From: Candidatus Omnitrophota bacterium
Lineage (GTDB): Bacteria > Omnitrophota > Gorgyraeia > Pluralincolimonadales > Pluralincolimonadaceae
Length of the DNA: 64,000 bases
Direction: 5' to 3'
Assembly (NCBI GenBank): GCA_041653595.1
Contig: JBAZFB010000002.1
Location: 4,579 to 68,578, forward strand
Below, piece after piece: positions 41,730 to 50,854 of the stretch (position 1 is its first letter; the number at the start of each line of letters is the position of its first letter). The notes below the pieces were generated by a model. That model had not been told where the DNA came from and did no database searches. It saw nothing but the letters and a program-made list of their open reading frames with translations. A program made the translations under genes and the position numbers.

Positions 41730-43553
41730 ATGTTTTTCGCGAAGATCATCCCGGCGGTTTTATCCGTCCTCATATTCATCCCGTCAGCCCGAGGAGAGGA
41801 GACGGCGAACGTCGAACTTGAAAAGATAGTGGTCACGCCGCTCGGCACAGAGCAGAGTTACGGCACAGTCTCCCGGAGCATGGATATTATAGATAAATAC
41901 GACCTTTCGGAGGTCCATTATGATAATGTCTCAGAGCCGGTAGGCAGGCTCACTTCATCCCAATCCATAGATTACGGGTCGGAAGGCGCCCTCAAAACGA
42001 TCAGGCTGCGCGGTTCCAGCGCCGAGCAGGTGCTGATCATGATAGATTCCAGGCCGATCACCGATTCGAGGACCGGCCAGGCCGAACTCCACGCTATCCC
42101 GGTCGATTCGGTCGAGAAGATCGAGGTCATCAAGGGGCCTGCCTCCGCGGTATACGGCTCAAGCGCGATAGGGGGCGTGGTCAATATAATAACAAAAAAG
42201 CCCTCTAAAAAACCCAAGACCGTCATAGAGTCGAGTTTCGGCAACAACCAGACTCTCCATGATTCGCTCTCGACATCCGCGACGATAAATAATTTCGGAT
42301 ATTATTTTAACTATTCATACGATTCGACGCACGGCAACAGGGATAACTCGGAATACCGCTCGCATAACTGGACGGGAAGGTTCGATTACGAGGTCGGAGA
42401 GGACAACAGGATATTTTTCAACACCGGCTATTTCCAGGATAAAGGCGGGGCGCCGGGGTCTATCTTCCTGCCGGCACTCGACGATTTCCAGCTTAATTAC
42501 AAAAATTATTTCGACCTCGGCTGGAGGGCAAAATTGTTCGAGGAGAGCGAGATAAGCGTAAGAGCCTACCAGAACAACGACAAGCTCATATTCATAAATT
42601 CGACAACCCCGTTCTCCAGCGACGCCGCAAGCGGCCGCACGCAGGGGATGATCGCCCAGTATTCCCAGAAGTTCTTCGATTGTTACAAGGTGATCGCGGG
42701 CTTCGACGGGAAGATGAACCGGGTGGACGCTACTCTCGTCGGGAAACACAAGAATATCGTGCGTTCGCCGTTCGTGCAGAACGAGGTCTCTATCGGGAAG
42801 GATCTCGAGATGAATTTCGGGTTCAGGGATGACGATTATTCAAATTTCAAGGGGACGGTCTCGCCCAGCGCCGGCGCCGCGTATAAAATAGGCGAATATT
42901 CTAAGATCAGGGTCAATTACGCGAAAGGGTTCCGCGCGCCGTCATTCAACGACCTCTATTGGCCGTTCGACGGGTTCACGCAGGGCAATCCCAACCTCAG
43001 GCCCGAGAAATCCTGGTCGTGGGAAGGCGGGTTCGACCTCGGCTATAAGAGCGGCCTCCAATTGAGCGCGACATATTTCACAAATAAGCTGAAGGACCTG
43101 ATAGACTGGGCGCCCGGTGACGATTTCGTCTGGAGGCCTTCCAATATCTCCTCGGCGAAGATTGACGGGGTCGAGTTCAAGACCTTGGTACCTTTGACCA
43201 AAAGCCTGAAATTCGATTTCGGGTACAGTTACCTGAACGCGATGGACGTTGACCTCGACAGGTACCTGATCTACAGGGCGAAGAACAAGTTCGACATGGG
43301 CCTGACGCTGGAATACGGCAAATGGGACGTGAGGTTTTACGGCGAGTCGCTCGGCAGGAGGTATACAGATACCGCAAACACCGCTTTCCTGAAGAAGAAT
43401 TTCGTCGCATACCTCGATGCCTCCTATAAGATAAACAATAATTTGACTACTTTCGTTTCTATTGATAATATATTCAACAGGAGTTACCAGTTGGCGCTTG
43501 GTTACCCGATGCCGGGTTTCGCGATAAACGGGGGTGTAAGGGGTGAATTTTGA
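41730..43553 (+). CDS. btuB: TonB-dependent outer-membrane receptor, BtuB-like
   Basis: It has a signal peptide and a TonB box (EKIVVTP). A plug domain is followed by a beta-barrel, and the protein ends in an aromatic residue (...GGVRGEF). Confidence 0.82.
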   Translation: MFFAKIIPAVLSVLIFIPSARGEETANVELEKIVVTPLGTEQSYGTVSRSMDIIDKYDLSEVHYDNVSEPVGRLTSSQSIDYGSEGALKTIRLRGSSAEQVLIMIDSRPITDSRTGQAELHAIPVDSVEKIEVIKGPASAVYGSSAIGGVVNIITKKPSKKPKTVIESSFGNNQTLHDSLSTSATINNFGYYFNYSYDSTHGNRDNSEYRSHNWTGRFDYEVGEDNRIFFNTGYFQDKGGAPGSIFLPALDDFQLNYKNYFDLGWRAKLFEESEISVRAYQNNDKLIFINSTTPFSSDAASGRTQGMIAQYSQKFFDCYKVIAGFDGKMNRVDATLVGKHKNIVRSPFVQNEVSIGKDLEMNFGFRDDDYSNFKGTVSPSAGAAYKIGEYSKIRVNYAKGFRAPSFNDLYWPFDGFTQGNPNLRPEKSWSWEGGFDLGYKSGLQLSATYFTNKLKDLIDWAPGDDFVWRPSNISSAKIDGVEFKTLVPLTKSLKFDFGYSYLNAMDVDLDRYLIYRAKNKFDMGLTLEYGKWDVRFYGESLGRRYTDTANTAFLKKNFVAYLDASYKINNNLTTFVSIDNIFNRSYQLALGYPMPGFAINGGVRGEF

Positions 43554-44274
43554 TTACGCTGTGGAGAAGGACAACAAACTTTTAATAGCGCTGATCTTCT
43601 CCGCCGTCATCCACATATTATTATTGTGCAATTGGCCTGTCTACCGGAATTTCTTTACGGATAGGATGCGTTCCGGAGACGTCGAGGTGACGTATCTTAA
43701 GTCCAGGGAGCAGCCGGTAGTCACGCAACAGCAGGCGCCGTCGAGAAAATCGGAACCTTTGCCCGAGCCGTCGCCGCCGCAAAAACTGGTCTCCGCGGAA
43801 CTTCCGAAAGCGGCCCCGGAAGCGAAGAAGAGCGAACCCAAGGTCCTGAAGGGAGAACTTCCTTCCGCGCCGCCGAAAAAAAGCCCGGCGGCAGAGCAGG
43901 CCTCCAGGATCGTCATAAAACAACCCCTCGTGCCGAAGATCGAGACGACCGCTTCTGTCGACGCGTCTGTTGAGGCGCGCGGGCTTAGCCTTATACCGCC
44001 TTCTTACTCGCAGGTCGTCAGGGACAGGATAATAGATAATATCGATACCAGGAGGACGGGAGGGGAGGGCGACGTATATGTGCGTTTTGTCATCACTTCT
44101 TCCGGGACGTTAAAAGAGATCAGCATAATCGATGAAAAATCCAGCGACGACGGGGTCCTGAGGGCGGCCGCTTTCCAGGCGGTCAAGGATTCCTCGCCTT
44201 TTCCCGTTTTCCCGGAAAACGTCCGGCTCCCGGAGGTGGTCTTCACCTGCCAGATCAGTTTTGCCCGCAAGTAA
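43543..44274 (+). CDS. tonB: Energy transducer TonB (GTG start)
   Basis: It has an N-terminal TM anchor, a Pro/Lys/Glu-rich spacer and a C-terminal TonB domain. Confidence 0.8.
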   Translation: MNFDYAVEKDNKLLIALIFSAVIHILLLCNWPVYRNFFTDRMRSGDVEVTYLKSREQPVVTQQQAPSRKSEPLPEPSPPQKLVSAELPKAAPEAKKSEPKVLKGELPSAPPKKSPAAEQASRIVIKQPLVPKIETTASVDASVEARGLSLIPPSYSQVVRDRIIDNIDTRRTGGEGDVYVRFVITSSGTLKEISIIDEKSSDDGVLRAAAFQAVKDSSPFPVFPENVRLPEVVFTCQISFARK

Positions 44275-44285
44275 CCCAATTTTTC

Positions 44286-44314
44286 TTGACAACATTATAA
44301 CCGTCTGTTATATT
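44286..44314 (+). promoter_or_regulatory. Putative sigma70 promoter for rpsU (-35 TTGACA, 17-nt spacer, -10 TATATT)
   Basis: The -35 is exact and the -10 matches at 5 of 6 positions with 17-nt spacing. It lies about 40 nt upstream of the rpsU start. Confidence 0.5.
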
Positions 44315-44352
44315 GGAACTAACGAAAATCCACAAGAAAGGGATGATAACTA

Positions 44353-44541
44353 ATGCCTATGGTAGAAGTCGGCCAAAACGAGCCTTTGGAAAAGGCCCTG
44401 AGGCGGCTTAAAAAGAAGATCGAAAGAGAAGGGATCTTAAAAGCTATAAGGGCGCGCAAACATTACGAGAAGCCAAGCGTCAAGAAGAAGAGAAAGCAGA
44501 TGGAGGCGCTCAAGAATAAGAGAAAGAGATTCAGTTTTTAG
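44353..44541 (+). CDS. rpsU: 30S ribosomal protein S21
   Basis: It begins MPMVEV..NEPLEKALRR.KKK.EREGIL and ends in a basic tail. It is 62 aa. Confidence 0.92.
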   Translation: MPMVEVGQNEPLEKALRRLKKKIEREGILKAIRARKHYEKPSVKKKRKQMEALKNKRKRFSF

Positions 44542-44563
44542 GCTCTTTTAAGAGCGTGACATC

Positions 44564-47218
44564 ATGAGAATTTTATATCTTTTCATACTGCTGTGTCTTA
44601 TAGCCACAGCAGTTTTTATATTCCACCCGGCCGTCACTCCTCGGTACCAATACGAAGACTCGGTCCACAGCCATATCCTGGATAACGGGATGGCTGTCAT
44701 AACCAAGAGCGCCCATAAGGTCCCTCTCGCGGCGGTCCGTCTTGTCATAAAAGCCGGCTCGGCGACCGAAGGCAAATTTTCCGGGAGCGGAATATCCCAT
44801 TTCGTCGAGCATATGCTCTTCAAGGGGACAGCCGGCCTGCCGGTCGGCGAGATAGAAAGACGCATAAAATCCTTCGGCGGATATATAAACGCCCAGACCT
44901 CCCACGATACCACCGAAGTCTACCTCATCGTCAAGAGCGAATACCTCGATAAAGCGCTTTCGCTCCTGTCTGATTTCGTATTTAACGCTTCTTTCGAAGA
45001 ATCGGAGTTCGTAAAGGAGAAGGACGTGATCCTGAACGAGATAAGGATGGGCCGGGACGAACCGTCAAGAAGGGCCTCATACCTGTTATGGGAGGCCGCT
45101 TATCTCGTCCATCCATACAGGTATCCGGTCATCGGATACGAGGACCTCTTCAGGCAGATAAGCAGGGAAGACCTCGTGGAATACCACAAGTCGAAATATA
45201 CCCCGGACAATTGTGTCCTTTCCGTCGTCGGAGATATAGATGAAGCCGACGCCCTCCTGGCGTGCGAAAATACTTTAGGTAAGCTTCCGCGCAGGGCCGT
45301 CGCCGGACCGCTAAAGCCGGCCGAGCCCCTGCAGATGTCGGTCAGGAGGGCCGATGCGCAGATAGAAGGGCTTAAGCTCTCCTACCTCCTGATAGCTTTT
45401 CACACCACAAGCCTCGCCGATAAAGACTTGTATCCCCTGGACCTTTTGGCCGCCGCGCTGGGGCAGGGGGAAAGCTCAAGGTTATATAACATTCTCGTCA
45501 AAGAGAAGAAACTGGCATATGCGGTGTCGTCGTCTAATTATACGCCTTCCGACCCGGGGCTGTTCATAGTTTCCATGAGGCTTGAGGAGGGAAATATAGA
45601 CGCCGCCTTGAAAGAGGTGCGCGCCGAAATAAAAAGGATAAAGGCGCATTCCCTGCGCGGCAGGGAGCTGGAAAAGGTCAAAAGGTCGGTCCTGACCGAT
45701 TATATATACGGCAAGGAATCTATCGGGGCGCAAGCGAATGATTACGCCTCGGGTTACGCCTCTACCGGGGACTATAATTTTTCACGGAAATATATAGACG
45801 GCCTGGGCGCAGTGAAGCCGGCCGGGATCTCGAAGGCGGCGGCGAAATATTTGAATGATGAGAATATGACTGTTGTCACTCTCGTCCCGAAGAAGGGCGC
45901 GCCTGTCTTGGAACCGGAGGCGGGGACGCCGAAGAAAGAATTCGATGTCCGTAAAGTCGTGCTGCAAAACGGCGCGGTCGTGCTTTTTGACGTCGACCGT
46001 TCACTTCCTGTCGTTTCGATGAGCGTCGTTTTTAAGGGTGGCGTGAGGGCCGAAGACGAGAAGACGAACGGGATATCGCGCCTATTCTCCGACGTCCTGG
46101 TGAAAGGCACGTCGTCGCGCTCGGCCGAATGGCTCTCCGAGACGACCGAGTCGCGCGGAATACTGTTCGGGGGTTTCAGCGGCAAGAATTCATTCGGCAT
46201 ATCGTTGAAATGCCTTAAAGAAGATTTCGGCCTTTCCCTTGATATCGTTTCGGATATCCTGAAGAACGCGGCTTTCCCGGAAAAAGAGCTGAAGATATCG
46301 AAAGAGCAGCAACTCGCCGCTGTAAGGTCGCGGGAGGACGATATCTTCGCCGTGGCCTCAAAGGAATTGATCAAGACGATATTCATATCCCATCCCTACG
46401 GGATGCCTGACCTGGGTGAAAAGGGATCAGTCTCGGCCCTGACCAGGGCAGACCTCCTGGATTATCACAAACGTTATATAGTTCCAGGGAACATGGTCGT
46501 TTCCGTATTCGGGGACATAGACGCGGCGACGCAGAAGAGGGTAGAAGATGCATTCGGAAGCCTTAAAAAAACCGCCTTTAAAGATATAGTGACGATAAGC
46601 GAGCAGGAACAGCTGGCGCCGCGCAAGGACGTAAAAGAGATGAATAAGGAACAGGCGGTCCTTATGCTCGGCTACCCCGGCGTTGACGTCAAGAACCCGG
46701 ACAGGTATGCCCTGGACGTGATAAATTCGATACTTAGCCGCGAAGGCGGAAGGCTTTATAGGGACATAAGGGAGAAGCTCGGGCTCTCGTATACGCTGGG
46801 TTCTTTCTCCGTATTCGGGCTCGACCCGGGTTACAACGCGTTTTATGTGGCGACCACCCCTAAAAATATCCCGGACGCCAGGAACATAATATTAGGCCAT
46901 ATCAGGTCCCTGAAGGCCGAGGGGCCGACCCAGGAGGAGATGGAGCTCGCGAAGAGCGACCTCCTTGGCGGGTATTTCCGTGGGATCGAGGTCAATTCCG
47001 ACGTCGCCCTTAAGGCCGCGTTGGATGAACTTTACGGCATAGGTTACGACGACGTTTTCAAATATCCCGAAATGATAAAAGCGGTGGACGCGCAGGAAGT
47101 CATGAGGGTCGCTAAGCGGTATTTTATCGATTCCAGGCTCAATGAAGTGATGATCCTTCCCGTTGCCGGACCGGCGAAAGCCAAAAGTCAGCCGTTAAGC
47201 GGGGCCGGGGTAAGATAA
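44564..47218 (+). CDS. Secreted tandem M16 (pitrilysin/insulinase-family) zinc peptidase, 884 aa, PqqL-like
   Basis: It has an N-terminal signal/TM segment. The active-site motif HFVEHMLFKGT (HxxEH) is in the first half only. The second half is an inactive M16 repeat. Confidence 0.85.
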   Translation: MRILYLFILLCLIATAVFIFHPAVTPRYQYEDSVHSHILDNGMAVITKSAHKVPLAAVRLVIKAGSATEGKFSGSGISHFVEHMLFKGTAGLPVGEIERRIKSFGGYINAQTSHDTTEVYLIVKSEYLDKALSLLSDFVFNASFEESEFVKEKDVILNEIRMGRDEPSRRASYLLWEAAYLVHPYRYPVIGYEDLFRQISREDLVEYHKSKYTPDNCVLSVVGDIDEADALLACENTLGKLPRRAVAGPLKPAEPLQMSVRRADAQIEGLKLSYLLIAFHTTSLADKDLYPLDLLAAALGQGESSRLYNILVKEKKLAYAVSSSNYTPSDPGLFIVSMRLEEGNIDAALKEVRAEIKRIKAHSLRGRELEKVKRSVLTDYIYGKESIGAQANDYASGYASTGDYNFSRKYIDGLGAVKPAGISKAAAKYLNDENMTVVTLVPKKGAPVLEPEAGTPKKEFDVRKVVLQNGAVVLFDVDRSLPVVSMSVVFKGGVRAEDEKTNGISRLFSDVLVKGTSSRSAEWLSETTESRGILFGGFSGKNSFGISLKCLKEDFGLSLDIVSDILKNAAFPEKELKISKEQQLAAVRSREDDIFAVASKELIKTIFISHPYGMPDLGEKGSVSALTRADLLDYHKRYIVPGNMVVSVFGDIDAATQKRVEDAFGSLKKTAFKDIVTISEQEQLAPRKDVKEMNKEQAVLMLGYPGVDVKNPDRYALDVINSILSREGGRLYRDIREKLGLSYTLGSFSVFGLDPGYNAFYVATTPKNIPDARNIILGHIRSLKAEGPTQEEMELAKSDLLGGYFRGIEVNSDVALKAALDELYGIGYDDVFKYPEMIKAVDAQEVMRVAKRYFIDSRLNEVMILPVAGPAKAKSQPLSGAGVR

Positions 47219-47219
47219 G

Positions 47220-48023
47220 ATGATCAGAAATCCTGCCGTATCCGGTCAGTTCTACCCGGGCACAAAGGCGGGCCTCAGCGAAGAGATAGAAAAATACATA
47301 ATCAGGGACGCCGGAAAGATAAAGGCGATCGGCGTCGTCTCTCCCCACGCGGGATATATGTATTCGGGAGCGGTTGCCGGGGCGACATTATCGTCGGTGG
47401 AATTGGCCGGGACGTGTGTTGTGATGGGCCCTAACCATACCGGCAGAGGAAGGCCTTTCTCTATAATGACTGAAGGCGTATGGAAGCTGCCTTCCGGGGA
47501 TTGCGAGATAGATGAAATTCTCGCCAAGGCCATCCTGTCGAATTCAAGGCATCTGGAAGAAGATGAGGATGCCCACAGGGACGAGCATTCGGTAGAGGTC
47601 CAGATACCGTTTTTGCAGGCCCTTAAAGAGGATGTGAAAATAGTCCCGCTTGTGCTGGCCGATGCCGGGCTTGAGGTCTACAGGGATATCGGCCGGGCCG
47701 TCGCGGTATCGATAAAAAAGAGCGGCCGTCCGGCGACTGTCATCGCGAGCTCGGACATGACCCATTACGAACCGCTCGAGGCCGCAAAAGAGAAAGACAG
47801 CAAGGCGATCGAGGCGATCATCGCCCTCGACGAAGAGGCGCTCGTCGGAGCGATAAGGAGATACCGCATCTCGATGTGCGGTTACGCCCCGGTCTGCGTC
47901 ATGCTCGCGGCCGCGAAGGAGTTGGGCGCGAAGAAGGCCAAACTCATCAAATACCAGACCAGCGGGGAAGCCTCCGGAGATTATGAAGCCGTCGTAGGCT
48001 ACGGCGGGATAATCGTCTATTAA
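47220..48023 (+). CDS. Memo-like protein (AmmeMemoRadiSam system protein B homologue)
   Basis: It contains GQFYPG and VSPHAGYMYSG, with the His/Asp/Cys metal ligands of the MEMO1 family. It is 267 aa and starts 2 nt after the M16 stop. Confidence 0.8.
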   Translation: MIRNPAVSGQFYPGTKAGLSEEIEKYIIRDAGKIKAIGVVSPHAGYMYSGAVAGATLSSVELAGTCVVMGPNHTGRGRPFSIMTEGVWKLPSGDCEIDEILAKAILSNSRHLEEDEDAHRDEHSVEVQIPFLQALKEDVKIVPLVLADAGLEVYRDIGRAVAVSIKKSGRPATVIASSDMTHYEPLEAAKEKDSKAIEAIIALDEEALVGAIRRYRISMCGYAPVCVMLAAAKELGAKKAKLIKYQTSGEASGDYEAVVGYGGIIVY

Positions 48024-48063
48024 CCGTTGAAGAGCGTTTAAAATAGGAGTAATATAGGCCGTT

Positions 48064-48345
48064 ATGGAATCCCAGAACAAGATGGGCAGCGCAGGACCCG
48101 GATACGAACCGAGCTTCAACATATTTTTGACCAGCCTCGGGATGCAAGCGATGATATTCCTCGGTGAGATGCCCAACCCGGTCAATAATGAGACCAAGGT
48201 AGAGCTCGAGCGGGCGAAATATATGATAGATACCATCGCGATGATAAAAGAAAAGACCCAGGGCAACCTCTCCGTCGAGGAACAGAAACTTATAGACGAT
48301 ATACTCTACGGGTTAAGGCTTAAATACGCGGAGAAGAGCAAGTGA
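48064..48345 (+). CDS. DUF1844-family small protein
   Basis: The product is 93 aa. The pattern PSFNIF..SLGMQA.IFLGE.PNP...E..V.LE.AKY.ID.I.M..EKT.GNL..EE is typical of DUF1844. Confidence 0.6.
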   Translation: MESQNKMGSAGPGYEPSFNIFLTSLGMQAMIFLGEMPNPVNNETKVELERAKYMIDTIAMIKEKTQGNLSVEEQKLIDDILYGLRLKYAEKSK

Positions 48346-49277
48346 CGTTGACGGTCCTCATCATAATATTTTCGGCGATCGCTTTGGCGTCTATGGTGAT
48401 ATCCCTATATCTTTTTACGAAACTGCGCCATCTCCCTAAAGATATATCCGCCGGCGTGACCGGCGCGATGCAGGCCACTACCGGCGCGATAGGAGATATG
48501 AACAGGAGCCTCGGCGAGATAAAGACCAGGGGAGAGCGCCTCGAGGAGTTCGGGAAGGCGATAAACGAAATAGGCAGCCTGCTCAAGCCTCCGCAGATGC
48601 GCGGTATGACAGGCGAGGTGCTCCTTGAGAAGATGCTCTCGGACATGCTCCCGTCCGGAAATTACCAGATGAAATATTCGTTCCGGTCCGGCGACCAGGT
48701 CGACGCGATCATAAAATTCCGCGAGTTCATCCTTCCCATCGACTCGAAGTTCCCGCTGGACAGCTTCAGGCGGATGCTCGAATGCGAGTCCGAGGACGAT
48801 AAGCGCAGGTGTTTCAGGGAATTCGTCCAGGCCGTCAAGAAGCAGGTGGACAATATAGCGAGAAAATATATCGCGCCGAACGAGAAGACCTTCGAATTCG
48901 CGCTCATGTATGTCCCGTCGGAGAGCGTATATTACGAGGCGATAGTGCGGGACAAGCAATTCGGGGAGGAGACATCACTCCTCTCGTACGCGACCAAGAA
49001 CAGGGTATATATAGTCTCGCCGTCCACGCTCTACCCGTATATCTCGACGATAGTCCACGGCCTGAAGGCGTTCAAGATAGAGGAGAACGCCAAGCAGATC
49101 CTCGAGAGGATAGGCTCGCTCAGGAAGGATTTCGAGGATTTCAAGACGGTATTCGATATAGTAGGCGCGCATTTGAGCGACGCCCATAAGAAGTATATGT
49201 CCGACGCGGCGCACAAATTAGCCAAGGTCGAAGCGGACCTCTCGTCGCTCGAGCTGAGGCATAATGATGAAAAATAA
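48342..49277 (+). CDS. rmuC: RmuC-family DNA recombination protein homologue (short form)
   Basis: It has an N-terminal TM segment and a coiled-coil. The RmuC core block DAIIKFREFILPIDSKFPLDSF ... MYVPSESVYY is present. Confidence 0.65.
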   Translation: MTLTVLIIIFSAIALASMVISLYLFTKLRHLPKDISAGVTGAMQATTGAIGDMNRSLGEIKTRGERLEEFGKAINEIGSLLKPPQMRGMTGEVLLEKMLSDMLPSGNYQMKYSFRSGDQVDAIIKFREFILPIDSKFPLDSFRRMLECESEDDKRRCFREFVQAVKKQVDNIARKYIAPNEKTFEFALMYVPSESVYYEAIVRDKQFGEETSLLSYATKNRVYIVSPSTLYPYISTIVHGLKAFKIEENAKQILERIGSLRKDFEDFKTVFDIVGAHLSDAHKKYMSDAAHKLAKVEADLSSLELRHNDEK

Positions 49278-50238
49278 GTTATCCATCCTCCTCAGGGCGT
49301 CCGTAAGCCTGGTCCTGGTCGGCGTCCTGGTCTGGGTCTTCAGGAAAGACATACCCGGCATATACGCCGTTTTGAAGAGCGTAAGCCCTTATTATTACCT
49401 GGCGGCGGTATTATTCAATATAGCCGCCGTGGTGGTGGTCTCGGAAAGGCTTCGCATAATCCTCGGCGTGCAAAAGCTTAAACTCAGCCTGGGCGAGGCG
49501 GTATATCTTAGCTTTATAGGGAACTTTTTCAACAATTTCCTTCCCACGTCGATAGGGGGGGATCTCGTCAAGGCCTATTACGCCACAAAGAAGAGCGAGA
49601 GGAAGCTCGAATCTTTTTCCGCGGTCTTCTTCGACAGGTTCTTCGGCTTCTTGTCGATCGGGCTGCTGGCTTTTCTCGGCGTCCTGCTCATGAACGGCCG
49701 TATCAAGGACCCACAGATCTTTTGGGGCTGCCTGGTCTTTTCGGTGGTCGTGCTGGTGACCTTCATCCTCTTCCTTAATAAATCTATAACTAAGGCCATA
49801 TTCTCCAGGCTGCTGCATTTTCCCGCCTTCCAGAAAGATTCGAAATTGCGCAAATTATACAACGCCCTCAATGCCTATAAGGAGCATAAGTTCATCATCG
49901 CGAAAGTCGTCCTGATATCCCTGGCGGCGCAAGTCCTCTCCGTAGTATTATTATATTGTATAGTCAGGGGCATCTCCCAGGACATAGCCTTCCTTAACCT
50001 TCTTTTGGTGATGCCGCTCGTTTCGGTCGCCTCGATGATACCTTCGATAAACGGCCTGGGGGTAAGGGAAGGCGCCTTTGTCATCTTTTTGGGTGAGTTT
50101 ATAAGCAAAGAGAGCGCGGCGGCGGTTTCAGTATTGTATTTAGGGATCATCCTGATAACGAGTTTTATAGGAGGAGTACTCTACCTTTTTTCAGGGAAGC
50201 TTTATAAAGTACCGATAAAGATAAAGGAGTTCGTTTGA
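49264..50238 (+). CDS. Flippase-like domain membrane protein (UPF0104 / lysyl-PG synthase TM-region family)
   Basis: It has about eight TM segments and the conserved FIGNFFNNFLPTSIGGDLVKAYY block. Confidence 0.65.
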   Translation: MMKNKLSILLRASVSLVLVGVLVWVFRKDIPGIYAVLKSVSPYYYLAAVLFNIAAVVVVSERLRIILGVQKLKLSLGEAVYLSFIGNFFNNFLPTSIGGDLVKAYYATKKSERKLESFSAVFFDRFFGFLSIGLLAFLGVLLMNGRIKDPQIFWGCLVFSVVVLVTFILFLNKSITKAIFSRLLHFPAFQKDSKLRKLYNALNAYKEHKFIIAKVVLISLAAQVLSVVLLYCIVRGISQDIAFLNLLLVMPLVSVASMIPSINGLGVREGAFVIFLGEFISKESAAAVSVLYLGIILITSFIGGVLYLFSGKLYKVPIKIKEFV

Positions 50239-50402
50239 TGGACGAAAAACTTATTAAGATCCTCGCGTGCCCTAAGTGTAAGTCCGGCGTGGAATTCAGG
50301 GATGATAAGATAATTTGCAAAAATCCCGAATGTGGGTTAAAATATCCTGTGAAAGACGGGATCCCTGTGATGCTGATCGAGGAGGCCGAAAAGCAAAGAT
50401 GA
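50238..50402 (+). CDS. Trm112-like small zinc-ribbon protein (UPF0434). It is absent from the ORF track because it is short.
   Basis: Manual translation gives [54 protein letters not shown]. The TGATG and ATGA overlaps couple it to both neighbours. Confidence 0.8.
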   Translation: MDEKLIKILACPKCKSGVEFRDDKIICKNPECGLKYPVKDGIPVMLIEEAEKQR

Positions 50403-50842
50403 AGAAAATACTCGTAATACATGGTCCTAACCTTGACCTGCTCGGACAACGCGAGCCCGGAGTATACGGGAAGGTCACTCTCAAGCAGATAGACGGGGAA
50501 TTACGGAAGATCGCGAAATCCGAGAAGGTCGCCCTTGAGACATTCCAGTCCAACCACGAAGGCGAGATAGTAGAGAAGATAGGGAAGGCGAAGGGTAAAT
50601 TCGACTGCATACTTATAAATCCCGCCGCTTACACCCATACCTCGGTCGCGATAAGGGACGCGATCTCCGCGGTCTCGATACCTGTGGTGGAAGTCCACCT
50701 TTCGAACATCTACGCCCGGGAAGAGTTCCGGCATACCTCGCTTATATCCCCAGTCGCCGTAGGCCAGGTCAGCGGTTTCGGCCTCGACAGCTACAGGCTC
50801 GGCCTTAAAGCCGCGATAGAGATAGCCAAGAAAAAGAAATAA
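50399..50842 (+). CDS. aroQ: 3-dehydroquinate dehydratase type II. The start is trimmed to [13 protein letters not shown].
   Basis: It contains [30 protein letters not shown] and [12 protein letters not shown]. The extended track ORF is an unsupported upstream extension. Confidence 0.92.
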   Translation: MKKILVIHGPNLDLLGQREPGVYGKVTLKQIDGELRKIAKSEKVALETFQSNHEGEIVEKIGKAKGKFDCILINPAAYTHTSVAIRDAISAVSIPVVEVHLSNIYAREEFRHTSLISPVAVGQVSGFGLDSYRLGLKAAIEIAKKKK

Positions 50843-50854
50843 CAAGGACCCGAC

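Noticed and set aside
44542-44563. A small hairpin (GCUCU-UUUA-AGAGC) after rpsU as a terminator
   Set aside because: It has a 5-bp stem and no U-tract. The M16 peptidase gene starts 22 nt later with its own RBS, so read-through is more likely.
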